From the IMG/VR virus record IMGVR_UViG_3300012944_000002, positions 1 to 64,000 of that record: DNA of 64,000 nucleotides. One strand, written 5' to 3'. Both the position numbers and the translations under genes were made by a program. Each line of letters opens with the position of its first letter. The stretch's first letter is position 1. Source of the DNA: a virus. The notes below the pieces were generated by a model. It was not told where the DNA came from. It was given only the letters and a program-made list of their open reading frames with translations, and made no database searches. This document shows positions 62,610 through 64,000 of the stretch, piece after piece.

Positions 62610-63548
62610 ATGGCATCTGTCAGTTACGCGGTGGACGTGTCGGGGAACCAGGACGCCCACCAGCCGTGGGCGTCCTTCGGGGTGCACCTCGGCTTCGCGA
62701 AAGCCAGCGAGGGCGAGCACACCCACGACCCGTGGTTCGTCCGGCACATCACCGATATCAAGGCGGCCGGGCTGATCCCGGGCGCGTACCACTTCGCCTG
62801 GCCGAACCAGAGCGCGGCCACCGAGGCGGCCAACTACATCTCAGCGGTGCAGCTCGCCGCCGGCCACGGCTTCGTCCACGCGCTCGACCTGGAGCGGTAT
62901 CCCAACGGCGCCCGGAACTACGCCGGCCTGGACGACGCGCAGGTTCGGAAGTACGCGCACGACTGGATCGCCGCGGTGAAGGCCGCGTTCCCCGGCCAGA
63001 AGGTCGGGATCTACACGAGCGGCGATGACATCCTCGACGGCCACCTCCCCGGCAACGAGGACTTCCTGTGGTACCCGGCGTACCCGGTGCAGGGCCGCAC
63101 CTTCGCGCAGGCCGCGGCCGCCACCCGCCCGGCGCCCAGCGGAAAGACCGTGTGGGGCTGGCAGTTCGCCTCGGTGCCCCGCGATCAGACCGTGATCTAC
63201 ACCTCTCCGGCCGTGCTCCGCACGTGGGCCGCCGGCACCCCGCAGGAGGACCCCATGCCCACCGCAGACGAGATCGCCAAGGCCGTCTGGACCTACCCCC
63301 TCGCCAGCCCTACCGCCGCCGAGGGCACCAACCCGAACCGGTCCGCGGGAACGTTCCTGCGGTACGACGACGCCCGGCACGCCGATGTCGTGAAGCGCCT
63401 CGCCGCGCAGGACGCCGCGATCACCACCCTGGTCGCGCACCTTGGCCAGGACGTCGACACCGCGCAGGTCGTGGCCGCGGTGCAGCAGGCCATCGCGGCC
63501 GCCGTCGTCCACGTCCAGGTCGACGTCACCGGCCGACCGGCCGCCTGA
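62610..63548 (+). CDS. endolysin, GH25 muramidase domain plus C-terminal domain
   Basis: Track ORF 62610..63548. DVSGNQ...GFAKASEGEHTHDPWF...GAYHFAW is the GH25 pattern. Confidence 0.8.
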   Translation: MASVSYAVDVSGNQDAHQPWASFGVHLGFAKASEGEHTHDPWFVRHITDIKAAGLIPGAYHFAWPNQSAATEAANYISAVQLAAGHGFVHALDLERYPNGARNYAGLDDAQVRKYAHDWIAAVKAAFPGQKVGIYTSGDDILDGHLPGNEDFLWYPAYPVQGRTFAQAAAATRPAPSGKTVWGWQFASVPRDQTVIYTSPAVLRTWAAGTPQEDPMPTADEIAKAVWTYPLASPTAAEGTNPNRSAGTFLRYDDARHADVVKRLAAQDAAITTLVAHLGQDVDTAQVVAAVQQAIAAAVVHVQVDVTGRPAA

Positions 63549-63583
63549 CTTCCCCGCACCCTTCCAGAAGAACGGATTCCGCC

Positions 63584-63955
63584 ATGTCCTTCAAGATCTT
63601 CGACAACGAACCGGCTGTCATCGTCGGCACCATCTCCGCCGCCCTGTCCCTCGTAGTCACCCTCGGCGTGGGCCTGTCGGCCGACCAGGCGGGCGCGTGG
63701 GTCGCGGTCATCACCGCGGCGTTCGCGGTCGTCACCGCGGTCATGACCCGCCCGATCGCCCCGGCAGCGTTCACCGGCCTCGTCACCGTCGTGGCGGTCC
63801 TGCTCGCCGCCTACCACTTCAACGTGTCCGGCGGCACCGTCGCGGCCGTCAACGGGACCGTGCTCGCCGTGCTGACGCTCCTGACCCGCGGCCAGGTGTC
63901 GCCGGCGCTGGCGGCCACGAAGAGCGCCGACGCCCCGCCCGTCTCCAGCGTCTGA
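63584..63955 (+). CDS. holin-like membrane protein
   Basis: Tail of track ORF 63068..63955 from ATG 63584. Three or four TM helices. Lies directly after the endolysin. Confidence 0.6.
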   Translation: MSFKIFDNEPAVIVGTISAALSLVVTLGVGLSADQAGAWVAVITAAFAVVTAVMTRPIAPAAFTGLVTVVAVLLAAYHFNVSGGTVAAVNGTVLAVLTLLTRGQVSPALAATKSADAPPVSSV

Positions 63956-64000
63956 TCCTCCGTACCTGATCCACTGCACCACCGGAGGACTCCGTGGCCG

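Noticed and set aside
63994-64000. Possible start of another gene (GTG 63994 after GGAGGA) at the window edge.
   Set aside because: Only 7 nt are visible, so it cannot be supported.

Overview
High-GC (about 70%) actinobacterial, Streptomyces-like siphovirus prophage or phage segment. Almost all genes are on the + strand and tightly packed, with many ATGA/GTGA start-stop overlaps. Most long antisense ORFs in the track are GC artefacts. Layout by region: (1) 1-17.3 kb holds early and replication genes. These include an HNH protein, a replisome-organizer-like gene with internal ori-like repeats, a DnaB-like helicase, three DNA methyltransferase-type genes (one truncated), a NUDIX hydrolase and many small Cys-rich proteins. 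(2) 17.3-22.3 kb is an accessory island. It has a RelE/ParE-like TA pair, a lipoprotein, and a minus-strand cassette of membrane and secreted proteins, a winged-helix initiator-like gene with intragenic iterons, and a T5orf172 protein. (3) 22.3-32 kb resembles a Streptomyces AICE or plasmid transfer module. It has a KorSA-like GntR repressor with TCTTCGAAGA operators, an Xis-like HTH, a NUMOD4-HNH nuclease, a DUF2637/Spd-like protein, a TraB/FtsK translocase followed by clt-like 8-mer repeats, and small membrane Spd-like genes. (4) 32-39.4 kb holds small hypothetical genes, a terminator-bounded regulatory islet and a collagen-repeat protein. (5) 39.4-64 kb is the late operon: TerS, TerL, portal, MuF, protease-scaffold, major capsid, connectors, major tail, G/GT chaperone, tape measure, minor tail proteins, a signal-peptide sialidase, a GH25 endolysin and a holin-like protein. 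No integrase, att site, tRNA or CRISPR array is visible in the window. The most unusual observation is that the MuF gene is interrupted by an intein, and the interior of that intein encodes a complete HTH plus PD-(D/E)xK endonuclease gene on the antisense strand. The second is that a TraB/clt/Spd/Kor conjugation-type module and a second initiator-with-iterons sit inside a tailed-phage genome.
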